Assembly (NCBI RefSeq): GCF_009914755.1
Contig: NC_060935.1
From: the human T2T-CHM13v2.0 reference genome, Homo sapiens
Length of the DNA: 64,000 bases
Direction: 5' to 3' (one strand)
The notes beneath the pieces were generated by a model. It made no database searches. It saw only the letters and a program-made list of their open reading frames with translations, and was not told the origin of the DNA. Positions 28,743-46,013 of the stretch are shown here, in pieces. The position numbers were made by a program, and so were the translations under genes. The first letter of the stretch is position 1. Each line of letters starts with the position of its first letter.

Positions 28743-31194
28743 TATAAGGCAAGGGCAGAGCTTTGTGATAGTGACTTCTAGGAATAAGCAAGGTGGAAAC
28801 AGAAAATATCTGGTCTCCCAGTTCCCCACCCTTCCCCTCCTCCTTCTCCCTAAGAAAAGTTTTTCCATTAGTCCATTATTATGGTACAATGGAATGTTCA
28901 ATTTCACACTGCGGGTGACATTCCATGCCAACTAGAATAGTTAATGCAACTTTACATTTATGACTCTGCTTGGGTGTGAATTATTGTGTTTATGAAAATC
29001 TCCATATTAATGTCTGATTGTAAATCATTCTGCCGGCTCCTTTTATTAATAGCTCAATTCCCACTACTCACTGCTGCAAGCCATTCAAATTACCACAACT
29101 GTACAAGAAAGGGGCTGCTTCGCATTTGTTTACCATCTACATCCAACCATCCTGGGCTTTGCTCTGAAGCCCCATCCTCTGAACTGCTCAAGCCAGTTGT
29201 TTTTGACTGGGTTTCTTTGTTGGTGAGTTTGAGCAGCTTCTCTGAGAAGTAGCATTTCTTACTCTATGTCCCTACATTTTCTGCTCTTTAGAAATACTCA
29301 CTGGAAAGTGGCTTTGGCATGGATTCTGAAGTCAGACAGATTTGGGTTCAAATCAATGATCTTAGTAAGTCATTTAACCTCTTTGAGCCCCAGTTTTCTC
29401 ATCTACAGTGGGAATCATAACACATATGTTGTAGAGCAGTATGAAAATTAAATATGATGATGTATGTAAAGTTGTTAGTACAGTTCCTGGCACATAGAAA
29501 GTGCTCAAGGGTCCTTTTGTTATGGTAATTATACCAACAATAATGCTAACAATATTAACAGCGGATATAGTAGAAAGGATTTGAGGCTGGCAGCTGGAAG
29601 GCCTGCGTTCTGGTTCCAGTTTGTCTACATACTAGAAAGATGATCTTTGGAAAGTCGCTTCAAATCTCTGGTCTTCTCTTAGTTGTCTCATCTGTAAATG
29701 GGGAAGCAGCCTTTCTTAGAGCCTTCCAGGGCTCCAGAACGGGTAGTCCCACATGAGAGGTGTGTCCACCTTTATTCCTGCTTCCACCCCTTCCCCCAAC
29801 CCCAACCCCACTGCCAGTTCTTTTTCCTTGGGTCAGACAGTGCCTCATTGGAGGTGACAGAGTCTTCCGGAAGGGGCCAGCCCGGGCTTTCTCGTGCTTC
29901 CTCATAGAATAGCTCAAATCAGACCCCATACCCCAGCCCCCTTACTGGCAGAAGGGGAAATATGAAATATCAGCAGGCAAGGAGGTTTTTTATGCTTCTG
30001 TAAATCATTAAAGTGGCCAATATTTTCCTTTGCTGCACTTCTCTCACCTCACAATATTTTTTTTCCTGCAGTGAAATCCATTCCCCCAGCCTGGAAATGT
30101 GGGCACTTTATAGAAAATCTTTAGCTTGTACCAGCACAAATGGATGGGTCTTATTTCCTGTCTGCAGTTCATGGTGTTGCAAAGGCATTGCCAAAAACTA
30201 TTGACTGAGACATAAAAGCAAAAAATGGATGGAAATGAATGTGGGCACGTTCACATGTACATTTACAAACATGATCAAGTCCATACTTAAAGAAAAAGAT
30301 TCCACAAAGTGACCTCCTAATTCATAGCCCATGCTCAGGACCTCTTCTTCATGGGAGAAAGAAAAGGGGGGTATTACCAGGCAATGTGATTTGATAAGCC
30401 AGGGAAGGCCTTAGACCCCTAATATTTCCCCCTGATCCTTGTGCTCTGATGTTGGATATGGCATTACTAGAGATCTATCCACTGTGTAATTTTAAACATA
30501 CGAAGAGAAAAACATGTTGAACTCTCTGGGATTCTCTTTTAATGTGATACTTCCTAATAACACTTGTACTTTATGGTTTTAAAAGGACTTGATATTTTGG
30601 TATATATAATGTCACAGATGATCTTCACAGAAAATTTGTGAGTTAACTCCCATTGTATAGATGATGAAACTGAGGTCCACAGGGATGGGGTGACTTATTA
30701 AATATCACATAAGTAGGGAGTAAGACAGCTGGGCTCAAGCACAGTCTCTTGAATCTGGTCCCAACACTCTTTCCACTCTATCACATTGCCTCCTGGGAGT
30801 ATCCTGAAATAGAGAGATAATTAACCTCACGAGTGAGGCTTCTTTCTGATCAGAGGGCTCCTGGTCTGTGTGGGAAAAAAAAAAAAAAAAGCAATGGAGC
30901 CCAAGCAGCAGGGAAGAGGGGGCATTGACAGAGAGGGGGGTGCACAGCCCTTTGTAGGGGTACAAATGTCGCTCACTTCATTTACACCCACCCTGTCTGC
31001 AGAGTCCAACAGAATAGTCAGGAGTCCCTGAGTTTGGGCATTCTGCTACGTCAAATCCACCTGCACCATTTATTTACTCCCTGTGTGACCTATTTGTGCC
31101 CCATTTCTTTGTCTTTGGAAATGGAATGATTATATTAATCCCACTGGGTACTGTGAAGATCACTGAGGTATAATAGATGATGCAAAGAAGTCAC

Positions 31195-31462
31195 TTCCTC
31201 CCTCCCTTCCTCTCTCTCCCTCCCTCCCTCTCTCTCCCTCCCTCCCTGTTTCCTTCTTTCATTCCCTCCTTGCTTCCGTCCCTTCTTTCCCTCCTTTCTT
31301 TCCTCCTTCCCTTCCTCCTTCCTCTCTCCCTACTTCCTTCCTTCCCTCTTTCCTTGCTTCCTTCCTTCTTTCCCTACTTCTTTCCCTCCTTCCGTCTCTC
31401 CTTCCCTCCCTCCCTCCTTCTTTCCTTTCCTCCTTCCCTCCTTTCTTCCCTCTTTTCCTTCT
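31195..31462. repeat. Polypyrimidine (CCTT/CCCT)n low-complexity tract
   Basis: About 270 bp almost exclusively C/T on the + strand. Confidence 0.9.
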
Positions 31463-31699
31463 ATCATGCCTTTCCTCTGTTCTCTTTGCACTATTTGGTA
31501 GCTTGGAACCCAAATAACCTGAATCACCTCATTTGAGGAGCCGAAATTGTCCGATGTCCCTCCCCTCCCTGGGCAGCATGCACCAGTCTTGTCCTCTGGG
31601 AGGTGTAGTCCATGGGGCCACAGCTCTCACAGGCAGAAGCCTGTAGGCCAGGCCCATGTATGGGCATTCAGCACTGGCTACACGAATTCAAATTGAGGG

Positions 31700-32620
31700 A
31701 CTTCCTGGACATCCTCTCATCTGCGACAGACCAAACAACCTCCCGGTGCCTCGCCTGCTGTGGGTGAGGCCTCCTTCCCGGGCTCAGGCCTGCAGGCTCT
31801 GCCCAAGCACTGCCCCCTTGCTTCCTCCATGGTAAGTAAACTCCCCAGAAGAGGAATCTTAGTGCCTGGTGCTAAAGAACCCCCAAAACAGAGGCGGGCT
31901 CGGAGCCCCTGCTTCGAGAGTCGACACAGTTCCTTCGGTGGCGGGGCCGGGCAGCTCAGGCCTGGCACCATGATACCTTGCTCAGTGCTGGGTGCCGCCT
32001 TGGCCCTTCCCCTGGCCCCGAGCTTATATTTTCCCCACCTTCTTCCTGACTTCCCACTTCCATCCCACTCTCAGCGCCACCTCCACCCCATCACATCCCC
32101 CTTCCCTGGACGGCACAGATTCTCCAGAGGTGTGGGGACAGTGGCTGTTTTATTTTTGTTCCTCCTTAGATGTTCTGTTTGTTGAGCGAATTATTTTCTT
32201 CCTGGCTCCGAGCTGGCGGCTGACACGGCTCACCCGCGCTAATTAGCTAAGCCAGCTGGTGCGTTGGTAAGGTTTTTCTGTGCTCCTCGGTGTGTGTTTC
32301 TTTTTTTAAACATGATCAATACCCTGTCCGGCTGGGCTCCCTCACACACTCCCTATTGTTCTCCTGTTTGCATTGTGCCTGAGTCCTGGTCAAGGACTCG
32401 GGGAGCCTCGGAAGACACGCTTTTCCCGCGGCTGGCGTTCAGCCTGGAGCCGGGGAGACACCGCGCAGCAGATGTGGCTCGACCCCCTGCTCCGCGCCTG
32501 CAGCTTGCAGTGATTTTCCGTAGCTGTGGACAGTGCCTCAGGAAGCCCACATGGATGCCAGACAGTCGGGTAAAGATGAGAAATTGCTGTGTGGCTCCGG
32601 GGCAGATTGCCTTGCCTCTC
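31700..32620. promoter_or_regulatory. Candidate enhancer or weak CpG-island-like promoter
   Basis: Repeat-free and GC-rich, with many retained CpGs relative to the depleted flanks. Homeodomain, E-box, SOX and POU-like motifs cluster at 32238-32377. Confidence 0.55.
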
Positions 32621-33072
32621 TGAGCCTCTGCTTCTTTCTTTGTAAAAGAAGTCGGTTCCCAGTTCCAGTGTGAGTCTCCTACATACTATGATTCTCAAAG
32701 GTTTCAAAGGGCATCCGGAGATGGGGGCCCTCCCCGTGAGTAGGGGTACAAGGTCACAAACAGGATCTTGTTCACTCCTGCTGCAGTCCTGGAGTTAAAC
32801 AATATAGACCTTTGCCAAGTGAGCTCCGGAAGAGGCCACAACCAGACAGGGGTGGGCTGAAGGCCCGACCCCCCTCCTCCAGCTGGTGCTGTCCTCCCCA
32901 CAGTTCCCTGGAGTCTGCCTGCTTATTTTGTGCAAGAGACACAAGAAGATTCTCTGAAGCTCTCCCTTCCCCACTGTCGTTCAGCTGTAGTGATTGGGAG
33001 CCCACAATGTGCACTGCGGAGAAGATAGCTCCAACATGTTTTTAATATGTATGTATATATTTTGTATATATA

Positions 33073-33509
33073 GAGTTGACCATTGAACAATACGGAGGTT
33101 GGGGCACCAACTCCATATGCCATCAAAAATCCACATATAACTTTTAACTCTCACGGAACTTAACTACGAAAAGCCTATTCTTGATTGAATGCCTTCCCAA
33201 TAACATAGTCAGTTAGCACATATTTTGTGTGTGTATTATATACTGTATTCTTACAATAAAGTAAGCTAAAGAAAGAATGCTATTAAGAAAATCATAATGA
33301 AGAGAAAATGTATTTACTATTCATTAAGTGGAAGTGGATCATCATAAAGGTCTTCATCTTCAATGTCTTCATGTTGAGTAGGCTGAGGAGGAGGAGGAAG
33401 AGGAGGCGTTTGTCTTGCTGTCTCAGGGTAGCTAAGACAGAAGAAAATCCATGTATAAGTGGGCCCACACAGCTCACAGCTCAAGCCCTTATTGTTCAAG
33501 GGTCAACTC
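33073..33509. mobile_element. Tigger2a/MER28-type TcMar DNA transposon relic
   Basis: Terminal inverted repeats GAGTTGACCATTGAACAA ... TTGTTCAAGGGTCAACTC, with TA at the left flank. Internal text encodes the typical EDIEDEDLYDDPLPLNE on the minus strand. Confidence 0.88.
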
Positions 33510-36500
33510 TGTATGTGTGTGTGTGTGTGCGTGTGTGTGTGTGCGTGTGTGTGTGTGTAAATATAAAGTTTTTTTGGTAAACAGTTGCTAGTTCAAATAT
33601 GATTTTATTCACAAATTATTCTGGGGTTTAGATTTTTCCTGCTGCCTTCTTTGGATTAATAGTGTCTTTTGAAAAATCTCTGACATACCAGGGGCTGGAG
33701 AGATTTTCTGGTTCCTCTCTAAGCTAATGAAAATTTCTTTTCTATTTTCAAAAAGAAAAATGGTGATAATAACAACTCATCTTCATTGATAACTTAGTGT
33801 GTGCTGGACATCATGCCAAACATGTAACGTAAGCTATTTTAGTAATCCTTGTGATATATGTATGTCATCCTTATTTTGCAAAAGCTCAGAGAGGTTAAGG
33901 AACTTGTCTAAGACCACACAGGTAGCAAGGAGGGAAGCACAGAAGGAGGTCCTGGCCATTCTCTTCATAGCTTCAGAGAACCTTCTCTCCTGCACCTTCT
34001 CCTTGGTCCCTGGTTTTAATGTTTGGCAACACTGACTGCCAAGAAATCCATCGCATCTGGTAATGACATGGAAGAGTGGAGACAGGACACTGGCCTCAAG
34101 GCCAAGTCCATGTTTCCAGCCCTGACTCTATGACCTCCTGCCAAAACAAACAAACAGAAAAAGAAAAAAAAAACTTAATAAGCTTTCCAAACCTCTTTTA
34201 TCCTCTTCACAAAATTACTATAAAAATGAAGAAGATAATATTCATGAAAATACTCTGAAAATTATAAAGCACTGTAGGAATATTTAGTATCATGTTTCGT
34301 TTTGACACTGGCCAAGACAGAGACCAGAGTTACCTCTATGCATGGAATAAGTTCCTTCATCCCTTAGCAATGCCTGCATCTCCTCCATCAGCCCTGCCGC
34401 TGCAACGGAGGTGTGAGTGTTAAGCTTCCCCTGGCACCGATCTCTGCAGCAATCTCCAGCTCCTTTCCTCCCAAGGCTCCCTCTGGACTTAGAGGAGGCC
34501 GGAATGGCTGAGTCAGCTGCATTTCCTTCTGTCTCAGGGATCCCTTAAACCTGTTACTGAAATTGGCTCCGTGGTACCTGCAGGTTTGCTTGCCATCCAG
34601 CAAGTCCCCTGGGGTGGCCCCATTAATCACATTTGCTCTCTTTCCCCTCTCCAGCTGGCTCTGAGGACAGCAGGTAGGTGTGTGGAGCCTCTGTGTGTAG
34701 GTGTGCGTATGAATTCGTTTGTCCCCTGGGAGCAGCTGGAGACTAAGTTTCCCTGCAATAAAAGTGAGTTAGTTGCTTCTTTCCTGATAACCATAATCCA
34801 TTCCACTTCTTCCAAGGAAATGACAGGCCCCCAGGTGATGCATCCCCATGACTGGGAGAAATTGGCTATTTTAGTCCTCTTCGAACATGGAGCAAGTTCT
34901 TGGAGCTGTCCTGCGGCAGCCTGCCAGGCCTTTCTGCTATTAAGAACACCCTATTCTAGTTTATTCCCTGGTTTCTGGGCTCCCCACAATGATCTATATG
35001 AGTTTCAGAGCTCAGGAGACACCCTGCACTGCTCTGCCTGCAAGCTGGGCCATTCTTGGAGGTGGGATATACCAGAGCTTTTCAAACGTCTCCACCCAGC
35101 AAAGTTCCCTCTGGCAGAGGAGCCTGAGAGTGTCCTCCAGGGAGGCTGGGGGCAGCGCCTGAAGCAGCCCCACCACAGCACATCTCTTTGAAGTCTTATG
35201 TTTTATCTCAGGAATTCACGTGAATTCTGCATTCTATTCCATAATACATATGTTTGTTTTAATATAAAAATGTTTTAACCCCAAATCTTCAAATAAAATC
35301 AATGCCCCAGGAAGATATAACTTGTTTATTCTATACCTTTAAACTGCCTAGTTTGCCACTGCATGCCCCCAGGGGTACAAGTACTCTAGTTAGAGAAGCA
35401 GTTGCAATAAGGGCGACAACCAAAAAAGTGTAAGTCTTCACAACTTCCCCTCCCCAGTCTTCTGGAAAAGATCTAAGTCTACCTGCTTAGTTGTCATGTC
35501 TGTTGTTCTGGACACTAGAAGAATGGGGAGAGATGAAGAACTGAGGAAGATGCAGAGGCAATACTGATCCACAATGTCTGGAAGCTTCAAAATGCTTGTT
35601 GAATGAATATTTTTCCTTCCTGCTTTAGCTCAGTCTCATCATCGAGAATCAAGTCCTAATCAGGCAGTCTTTGTCTCAGTTCCTAACCCTACTCCAGCAG
35701 GTTATGAAGGTTAACAGCATGAACATCTTTATTATTTATCTGTATATTATTTGTACCAGCCTCGGAGAATGAAAGGTACCTTCCTTCTGAGATAGGTTGT
35801 TCTTAGCCGATGTGACCCTGAGAAATTTGGGAGAAAACAACAGTTTTGTTTCGTTTTGTTTTTTTCATTCTAATTGTCTCAAGGGGAAGTCCAGTTAAGA
35901 AGAAAACTGATATTGGGATTGAGTATACCAAAGAAGAGAAGTCCAGGGACTTTAAAAAACAAAAATGGGGAGAATCGATTTGGCTGAGAGGAAGCCTTTT
36001 GGCTGATTCAGGGGATTTAATCTGGATTGGACAAGTAGATCTAGCTGATCACTGGAGAAAGTCCCCAGAAGCCAGACGACTCTACTTAAAACAATTCAGA
36101 GGCATCTCTGCCCAGAGGTGGGGGCTTGTCCGGGTGACACGCTGCAGCCTCCTCTGCTTCCCTCGCTCTGTCTCCACTACCCAGGATAGTCCCCAAAAGG
36201 TACAACTATAGGCGAGATAAACGATCGGGCGCAAAGGCACAACCTAATATAATATTTGCAGTATTTCTCAGACAGACAAGGGAAACATCCAGCTCTGTGA
36301 TTTTGCTTGATACAACAAAGCCAAACCTTCATCACACAAACGTACAAGGAAGCCAAGAGCGAGAGAGCTGTAAACATCTCAGAGCAGCTCTGCAGACAGC
36401 CCCGTATGGAGACACATTTCAATGGGGGTGGCAGGGGTGGGGAGGAAAGATGAAGCTTGCCAAGTCACAGGCACTCTGATTTGCAGGGAGCGTAGCATGG

Positions 36501-37943
36501 ATATTTCAAATCATTTCCTTTTCGTTAGTACCTAATCCCCCAGCTGTTCTCCGAGCATTGGCTCAAATGCTGGAAAACAGTCAGCCTCAAATGTAAAAGC
36601 CACAGGGCTCCTTTAAATTATGTTGTCTTGCTACATTGATATATCATGTCAACCCAAACTTGTGGTGTATGGCTTCTGGGAAAAGGCAATTTTGTCTGAT
36701 GATGAATTTAAAGGAAAATGAGCCATTTTTATCAAGGTCACTTAAAATTAAAACAGTGTCAGTCTGGTCCTATGTGAGGATTTTGATGTACTGGAGGGAG
36801 GTTATTTCACAGCTACTGTCCCTGATCTCTCCTGCATCTCTCTGGGCTCTGGGGTCTGAAAAGACTAGGAGCTGATGGGGAAGTAGAGGCCTCCTGCTTC
36901 AGGGAAGTAGAGCCGGTGTCTCGCACCAGAGCCCCAGATGGAACTCTGTCCCATTCACATTAATTGAATCCAGTACTTTGAACTCTTACATATGCCTGTT
37001 CATATAAATTAACTCATTTAGCCACATGAAGCACACTGTATTGTCCCCATGTTTTTTTCTGATGTGGAAACTGAGGCTCAAATGGGTGAAGCAACTTGCC
37101 CAAAGATGCTGTGCTAAAATGCTACAAAACCAGGATTGGAATGAAGGCTTCCAGTGTCAAAGCTCGGGCTCTTTCTATTCCAACAGGAGTTCTCATTCTA
37201 CATTCATGTATTCATTTACTCCTTTATTTACATGCTCAACAAACATGCATTGGGCATTTACTGTGTGCCAGGCACTAGGGACACAAGGATGACTTAGGCA
37301 TGGTCCCTGCACTAAAAGATTGCAGAATCTAGTGGAACTCACAGTCTAGTCTTGCAATATTTATTCAACAAATATTTAACATTTAGTAGAACAAACAGCT
37401 GGCCTGATTGAGCACAGTTCTTAAGCAGCTGTTTCATGTCCCATAGTTGTCCTCGCTATTGTTTTAGAAGTGAGTGGGTGGCATCCCGTTCCCCTTACTC
37501 AACAGGCAGTGCTAACTATGGTCCATGCCCAGGAAGGCCTTGTCTCTGATTCATTAGGTCATGAGCCTTAGACATTGTATTTTTTAGAAGCTCTACAGAT
37601 GGAGTCATTACCAGCTGAAAACCCAAGCTTTGGGGTTTCACAAACCCAAGCTTTGGGGAGGCACACTCCTTTGGGGATGTAAGTGTAATTTTGCTTCCCT
37701 GATTTTCATCTTTTATTTGGGGCCTGGAAAATTAATAAAGCAGACTTTCCCCCATGTTTCATTATTTCTTGGATTATCATATTAAGCAGACCCTCAGTCC
37801 TACACTAGACATTAGTGGGCTAATGTTGCACATTTGTCAGTGGTTGAGAATCACTCCTTTGAAACTACCATTATTTAATTGGCTGAATATTCATCATAGC
37901 TCCTTCCCTACCCCATTTCCCCTTCTGAAGACACCCTCTAAAG

Positions 37944-38257
37944 CAGTGATCCCCGACCTTTTAGGCATCGGGGGCTGGTTTGTCAGTCTGAGACAAACCA
38001 GTGGAAGACAATTTTTCCATGGATCCAGGTGGCAGGGGGTGGTTTTGGGGTGAAACTGTTTCACCTCAGATCATCAGGCATTAGTTAGGTTCTCATAAGG
38101 AGTGTGTAACCTAGATCCCTCACATGCACAGTTCACAATGGAATTTGTGCTCCTATGAGAATCTGACAGGAGGCAGAGCTCAGGCAGTAATGCTTGCTCA
38201 CCACTCATCTCCTGCTGTGCGGCCTGGTTCCTAACAGGCCACAGACTGGGGACCCTG
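37944..38257 (+). mobile_element. MER1B (hAT-Charlie)
   Basis: CAGTGATCCCCGACCTTTT...GAAACTGTTTCACCTCAGATCATCAGGCATTAG...GGGGACCCTG, with 8-bp TSD CTCTAAAG (37936-37943) / CTATAAAG (38258-38265). Confidence 0.9.
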
Positions 38258-41082
38258 CTATAAAGGACTTCATCCTTCACCTCCCACTACTTTGGAAAAT
38301 GTCACTGATGCTGCCTCCTAGCCTCCCCTAGCAGCCTTGTTCATTCGGTGGTGCCACACCTTTGCCACAACTCTGCACCTGTTCTCTGTCCCCTTGCCTC
38401 ATTGTCGTGCCTCTCAGGCCACTCTCACCTGGTGAACACTCACCAGTACCATAGGCCCTCTTTATTCAGGCCTGATTCCTCAAACCCAAGGCCAAGCTTA
38501 GCTCAGGGGGAGGTCAGAAAACTTTCTGAGACCAGGATAATAATGAAAAGAAAAAGAAAAAAAGGATAATGGTGAAAATGTTCTCTTTTTTCACCCCATG
38601 CACACATATTTTGGTGCTTAGGATCATTTATCCCAGGCCTTCTGCATTCATCTCCCCCTTTCTCTTCCTCCTCTTTTTCCTTTTTAAATTGTACCCATCA
38701 CTTAATCCAAAACAAAATCATCTGGAAATAAAAACAGAATCTAGGAAATATAAGTCCAATGACTTTGTTCATTGCTTTTATTTTGTAGCCAATACAAGTG
38801 AAGCCAGAAAGGGAAAGTGCTTTTCCCAAAGGCACACAGCTTCCCAGTGTCAGTAGGTAGAACTGGAGCCCGGAGTATCTAAGTTAGGACCTCGTGTTTG
38901 TGTCAAGCCCTATCCTTAACACACTCCTCCAGATGGCAGAGGCTGCCAGCTCCCTCTCATGCCACTCAGCCAAATACCAGGACAACTTCCGTGGTAGAAC
39001 CAAGTAGCAGACAAGTTCCATGGTGGGTCAGGCCTGAAGTGCAGCCAGGCAGCCAGCAGAGTGTCAGCCAGCTGGCCAGGGGGTCATTAGCATTCAGGAA
39101 ATATGACAAGCCTCTGCTCCCTGTCTACTGCCATGCAGCATGCGTCACATGACATGACAGGAGTGGCCCTGGTTTAAGAAGGGAATCAAAGGCAGGGCCA
39201 TCTCCACAGCTGCAGGTTAATAGTGGACGAATTACACACTTGGAAAACAGTTTTCCCCTCGATGCATTATCTGGACCATTTCAAAGCCCTTTGTCTGGGC
39301 TAAGCTGGCTGTCAGTGATATTTGCAGGCCAGGGACTTGCAGAAAAGATGTATTTTCTGACAGGGAGAAGGTCACCTAGGCAGAGGCCATTACAATGAGC
39401 TGCGGTCAGGTCGGAATTTCCCAGATCCCGGTCGATGTGGTCTCAGGGCATTACTCAAGCATTGGGATTAGAGCACTGGCCAAGAAAATGCTCTTCAAAT
39501 TGGTCGACAAGTTACACGCCATGGGAAAGTCACTCTCTCGTTTACCCTCAGTTCCCCAATGCTTAAAGCTGGGCCCTGGGGTCGGAAGATTTCTGCAGGT
39601 CCAAATAGGGAGCTCAGCAGATGGGGGTGCTGCTGAAGGGTGGGCTGTGTGAGGGAAGCTGGGTGAAAGAGAGAGACTGAACTTCAGCTCCAGTTTGGCC
39701 CTGAACTCACTGAATAACTGAATAGGTCACTGGGTGTCCTGGATCTCAGTTTACTCATCTATAAAGTGGGACTAATAATACTTACTGATAGACACCTTTG
39801 GTACATTACACAAAACAGATATAAAAAGTCTGAAAACTTAAAAGTGATATTGTCTTCTGAATGTAATTTCAGGAAACAAAAGCCCTTCTTTATCACTCCT
39901 TTAGATGTGTATGGGTATGAACAAAATAAGTTATATTAATAGGGGTGTCCAATATTTTGGCTTCTCTAGGCCACATTGGAAGAAGAAGAATTATCTTGGG
40001 CCACACACAAAAAATACACTAATGAGCTGTATTAAAGCTGATGAGCGAGGGGGAGGAGCCAAGATGACCGAATAGGAACAGCTCCGGTCTACAGCTCCCA
40101 GCGTGAGCCACGCAGAAAACGGGTTATTTCTGCATTTCCAACTGAGGTACCAGGTTCATCTCACTGGGGAGTGCCAGACAGTAGGTGCAGGACAGTGGGT
40201 GCAGTGCACCATGTGCGAGCCGAAGCAGGGCGAGGCATCACCTCACCCGGGAAGTGCAAGGGGTCAGGGAATTCCCTTTCCTAGTCAAAGAAAGGGGTGA
40301 CAGACGGCACCTGGAAAATCAGATCACTCCCACCCTAATACTGCGTTTTTCCAACCAGCTTAAAAAACGGCACACCAGGAGATTATCTCCTGCACCTGGC
40401 TGGAGGGTCCTACGCCCACCGAGTCTCACTCATTGCCAGCACAGCAGTCTGAGATCAAACTGCAAGGCGGCAACAAGGCTGGGGGAGGGGCGCCCGCCAC
40501 TGTCCAGTTAGTTGTTTGATTAGGTAAACAAAGCCGCTGGGAAGCTCTAACTGGGTGGAGCCCACCTCAGCTCAAGGAGGCCTGCCTCCCTCTGTAGGCT
40601 CCACCTCTGGGGGCAGGGCACAGACAAACAAAAAGACAGCAGTAACCTCTAAAGACTTAAATGTCCCTCTCTGACAGCTTTGAAGAGAGCAGTGGTTCTC
40701 CCAGCACGCAGCTTGAGATCTGAGAACGGGCAGACTGCCTCCTCAAGTGGGTCCCTTACCCCCGAGTAGCCTAACTGGGAGGCACCCCCCAGTAGGGACA
40801 GACTGACACCTCACACGGCCAGGTACTCCTCTGAGACAAAACTTCCAGAGGAACGATCAGGCAGCAGCATTTGCGGTTCACCAATATCCGCTGTTCTGCA
40901 GCCACCGCTGCTGGTACCCAGGCAAACAGGGTCTGGAGTGGACCTCTAGCAAACTCCAACAGACCTGCAGCTGAGGGTCCTGACTGTTAGAAGGAAAACT
41001 AACAAACAGAAAGGACATCCACACCAAAAACCCATCTGTACATCACCATCATCAAAGACCAAAGGTAGATAAAACCACAAAG

Positions 41083-42098
41083 ATGGGAAAAAAACAGAGC
41101 AGAAAAACTGGAAACTCTAAAAATCAGAGTGCCTCTCCTCCTCCAAAGGAATGCAGCTCCTCACCAGCAATAGAACAAAGCTGGACAGAGAATGACTTTG
41201 ACGAGTTGAGAGAAGAAGGATTCAGATGATCAAACTACTCCGAGCTAAAGGAGGAAATTCAAACCAATGGCAAAGAAGTTAAAAGCTTTGAAAAAAAATT
41301 AGACAAATGGCTAACTGGAATAACCAATGCAGAGAAGTCCTTAAAGGACCTGATGGAGCTGAAAACCAAGGCACGAGAGCTACATGAGGAATGCAGAAGC
41401 CTTAGTAGCCGATGCAATCAACTGGAAGAAAGGGTATCAGGGATGGAAGACAAAAGGAATGAAATGAAGCGAGAAGAGAAGTTTAGAGAAGAAAGAATAA
41501 AAAGAAATGAACAAAGCCTCCAAGAAATATGGGACTATGTGAAAAGACCAAATCTACATCTGATTGGTGTACCTGAAAGTGACAGGGTGAATGGAACCAA
41601 GTTGGAAAACACTCTGCAGGATATTATCCAGGAGAACTTCCCAATCTAGCAAGGCAGACCAACATTCAAATTCAGGAAATACAAAGAACGCCACAAAGAT
41701 ACTCCTTGAGAAGAGCAACTCCAAGACACATAATTGTCAGATTCACCAAAGTTGAAATGAAGGAAAAAATGTTAAGGGCAGCCAGAGAGAAAGGTCGGGT
41801 TACCCACAAAGGGAAGCCCATCAGACTAACAGCTGATCTCTCAGCAGAAACTCTACAAGCCAGAAGAGAGTGGAGGCCAATATTCAACATTCTTAAAGAA
41901 AAGAATTTTCAACCCAGAATTTCATATCCAGCCAAACTAAGCTTCATAAGTGAAGGAGAAATAAAATACTTTACAGACAAGCAAATGCTGAGAGATTTTA
42001 TCACCACCAGGCCTGCCCTAAAAGAGCTCCTGAAGGAAGCACTAAACATGGAAAGGAACAACTGGTACCAGCCACTGCAAAAACGTGCCAAATTGTAA
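41083..42098 (+). pseudogene. L1 ORF1p (RNA-binding chaperone), disrupted
   Basis: Begins ATGGGAAAAAAACAGAGC (MGKKQS). In-frame TGA at ~41227 and a frameshift near 41641. ORF-track pieces 41353-41649 and 41706-42098 match the ORF1p coiled coil/RRM/CTD (RRATPRHIIVRF, YPAKLSF). Confidence 0.95.
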
Positions 42099-42161
42099 AG
42101 ACCATCAAGGCTAGGAAGAAACTGCATCAACCAACAAGCAAAATAACCAACTAACATCATA

Positions 42162-46013
<3,852 letters not shown>

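Noticed and set aside
34571-35191. 206-aa ORF
   Set aside because: GTG start, no recognisable homology, and the 3' end runs into a probable DNA-transposon relic.
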